From: Azolla caroliniana
Lineage: Eukaryota > Plantae > Polypodiophyta
Reading direction: 5' to 3'
Length of the DNA: 20,317 nucleotides
Assembly: GCA_043228905.1 (NCBI GenBank)
Contig: JBHGNT010000571.1
Coordinates: 1-20,317 of the forward strand
Shown here: positions 19,096-20,317 of the stretch, piece after piece
How positions within the stretch are numbered: the stretch's first letter is position 1
Layout: the number at the start of each line of letters is the position of its first letter
Made by a program: the position numbers and the translations under genes
Notes under the pieces: model-generated
The model's input: the letters and a program-made list of their open reading frames with translations, nothing else
Told to the model about the DNA's origin: nothing
Databases searched by the model: none

Positions 19096-20317
19096 CTTTG
19101 ACTAGTTTTTTAAACATATGTTGTTTGGTTATTGGCCTAATTTCATAATTCATGCCTTGTCTTTTGTTGTGAAGCTTTATACTTCTCATTGTACTTGGAC
19201 TCAAGTGCATTGTAAAAGTGGCGAACTTGTTACGTCCCTTTGTGTTTACATTTTCATTGTTATTTTCAAAAAATATGCAAGCCTCATGTGTAAGAATCTT
19301 AATTAACATTATGCAAGAGGAAGAAGTAAGAAAGAACAGGGTACCATACCACCCAACCACCCCTTAGCAAAAGTGAGAGATAGATCGAGTCCTCATCAAT
19401 GTCCCACACCACCAAGTTCAGAACATTGATTGTACCTTGGGTATGAAGGAGGAACACATGTATATAGCTAAAGCTTTATCGCAATGTCAAAGTCCGCATC
19501 TAATAACTCTCCCCTTCATGAAAGTAATTGGCCTTCTTATATAGGCTCAAACCCTAAGCCCTCATTTGTTTCACACTTTACTTTAATAGAAGTGTTGAAG
19601 TGATAAAACACTAAAAAATTATCTCCCACCGTAAGGTTGAGAATAACTCAATTCCTACTAACCTTGAGGTTATATAATTACACTTCATTATACTATATGT
19701 TTATGCTTTGACATCATGCTTCTCAAGCACTTAAGTTAGCTTGGGGAGGTCATGTATAAGGTCATATGCACCTTCAACAACATCAAGAAACTCGGATGCC
19801 CATTTCTTGGCCTTTGATACCTTTTTGCACTCATTTGTGATAAATGTGATCAAAATAAATAGGATATTGCCTCGTTTGTCCATGGATCGACGACCAACTA
19901 CTTGTTTGATGTTTTGATTGTTTTTTGCATTAGACTTGAGAAAGATTTCCTAATGGTCTTTGCCTACCAACATCAACATGAGCAATTCATTTGGATGCAT
20001 GTATTGTGGAACCAATGGTACATTTTTCAAGAGCCTTGTTCCATTGGAACAAGTCTCACCCACGTATATCGAATTGCTTCTCTTGACTGGACATCTCTAG
20101 TGTTTCCCAGGAGATGGACAAAATTTTTATGTCTCTCAAGTACTTTGACAAACCAGTTCTTTGTCATCGACAAACTCATTGCACTGACACAAAAGTCACA
20201 TGTCTCCCAATGCATCTCTAGTTCAGCACCTGTCATGTGCCTTGCGAAGTAGCGGCTTTCTCCGGTTGCTACGCTAGCTTGAGAAGCTACAATGTGACAC
20301 CACCATGATTGACACTC

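Noticed and set aside
19548-19556. AAACCCTA telomere-like motif, also at about 14444 and inverted in the Copia B LTRs
   Set aside because: Single units only, which are common in plant DNA. This is not a telomeric array.

Overview
A gene-free nest of plant transposable elements, probably from a non-seed land plant (inferred from the element types). Left to right: a Copia RT/RNase H scrap joined through a templated-duplication scar to an old minus-strand Gypsy chromovirus fragment. That fragment is interrupted by a Copia-type LTR with a 54-bp tandem array (1295-2031). Next is a degenerate minus-strand Tnt1/Tork-like Copia (A, 2350-13029) whose RT gene is split by an intact, very young chromovirus (4093-9382; identical 353-bp LTRs, CGACC target-site duplication). 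A degenerate plus-strand Copia (B, 13030-19095) follows, with gag split by a solo LTR (GTAAG TSD) that itself holds a non-autonomous hAT-like element. The young chromovirus is the most interesting part. It has no tRNA primer-binding site but an 11-nt Tf1-style self-priming signature, a -1 frameshift cassette between gag and pol, and an LTR that carries an inverted copy of its own insertion junction, including 8 bp of host target DNA. All comparisons were done by eye.
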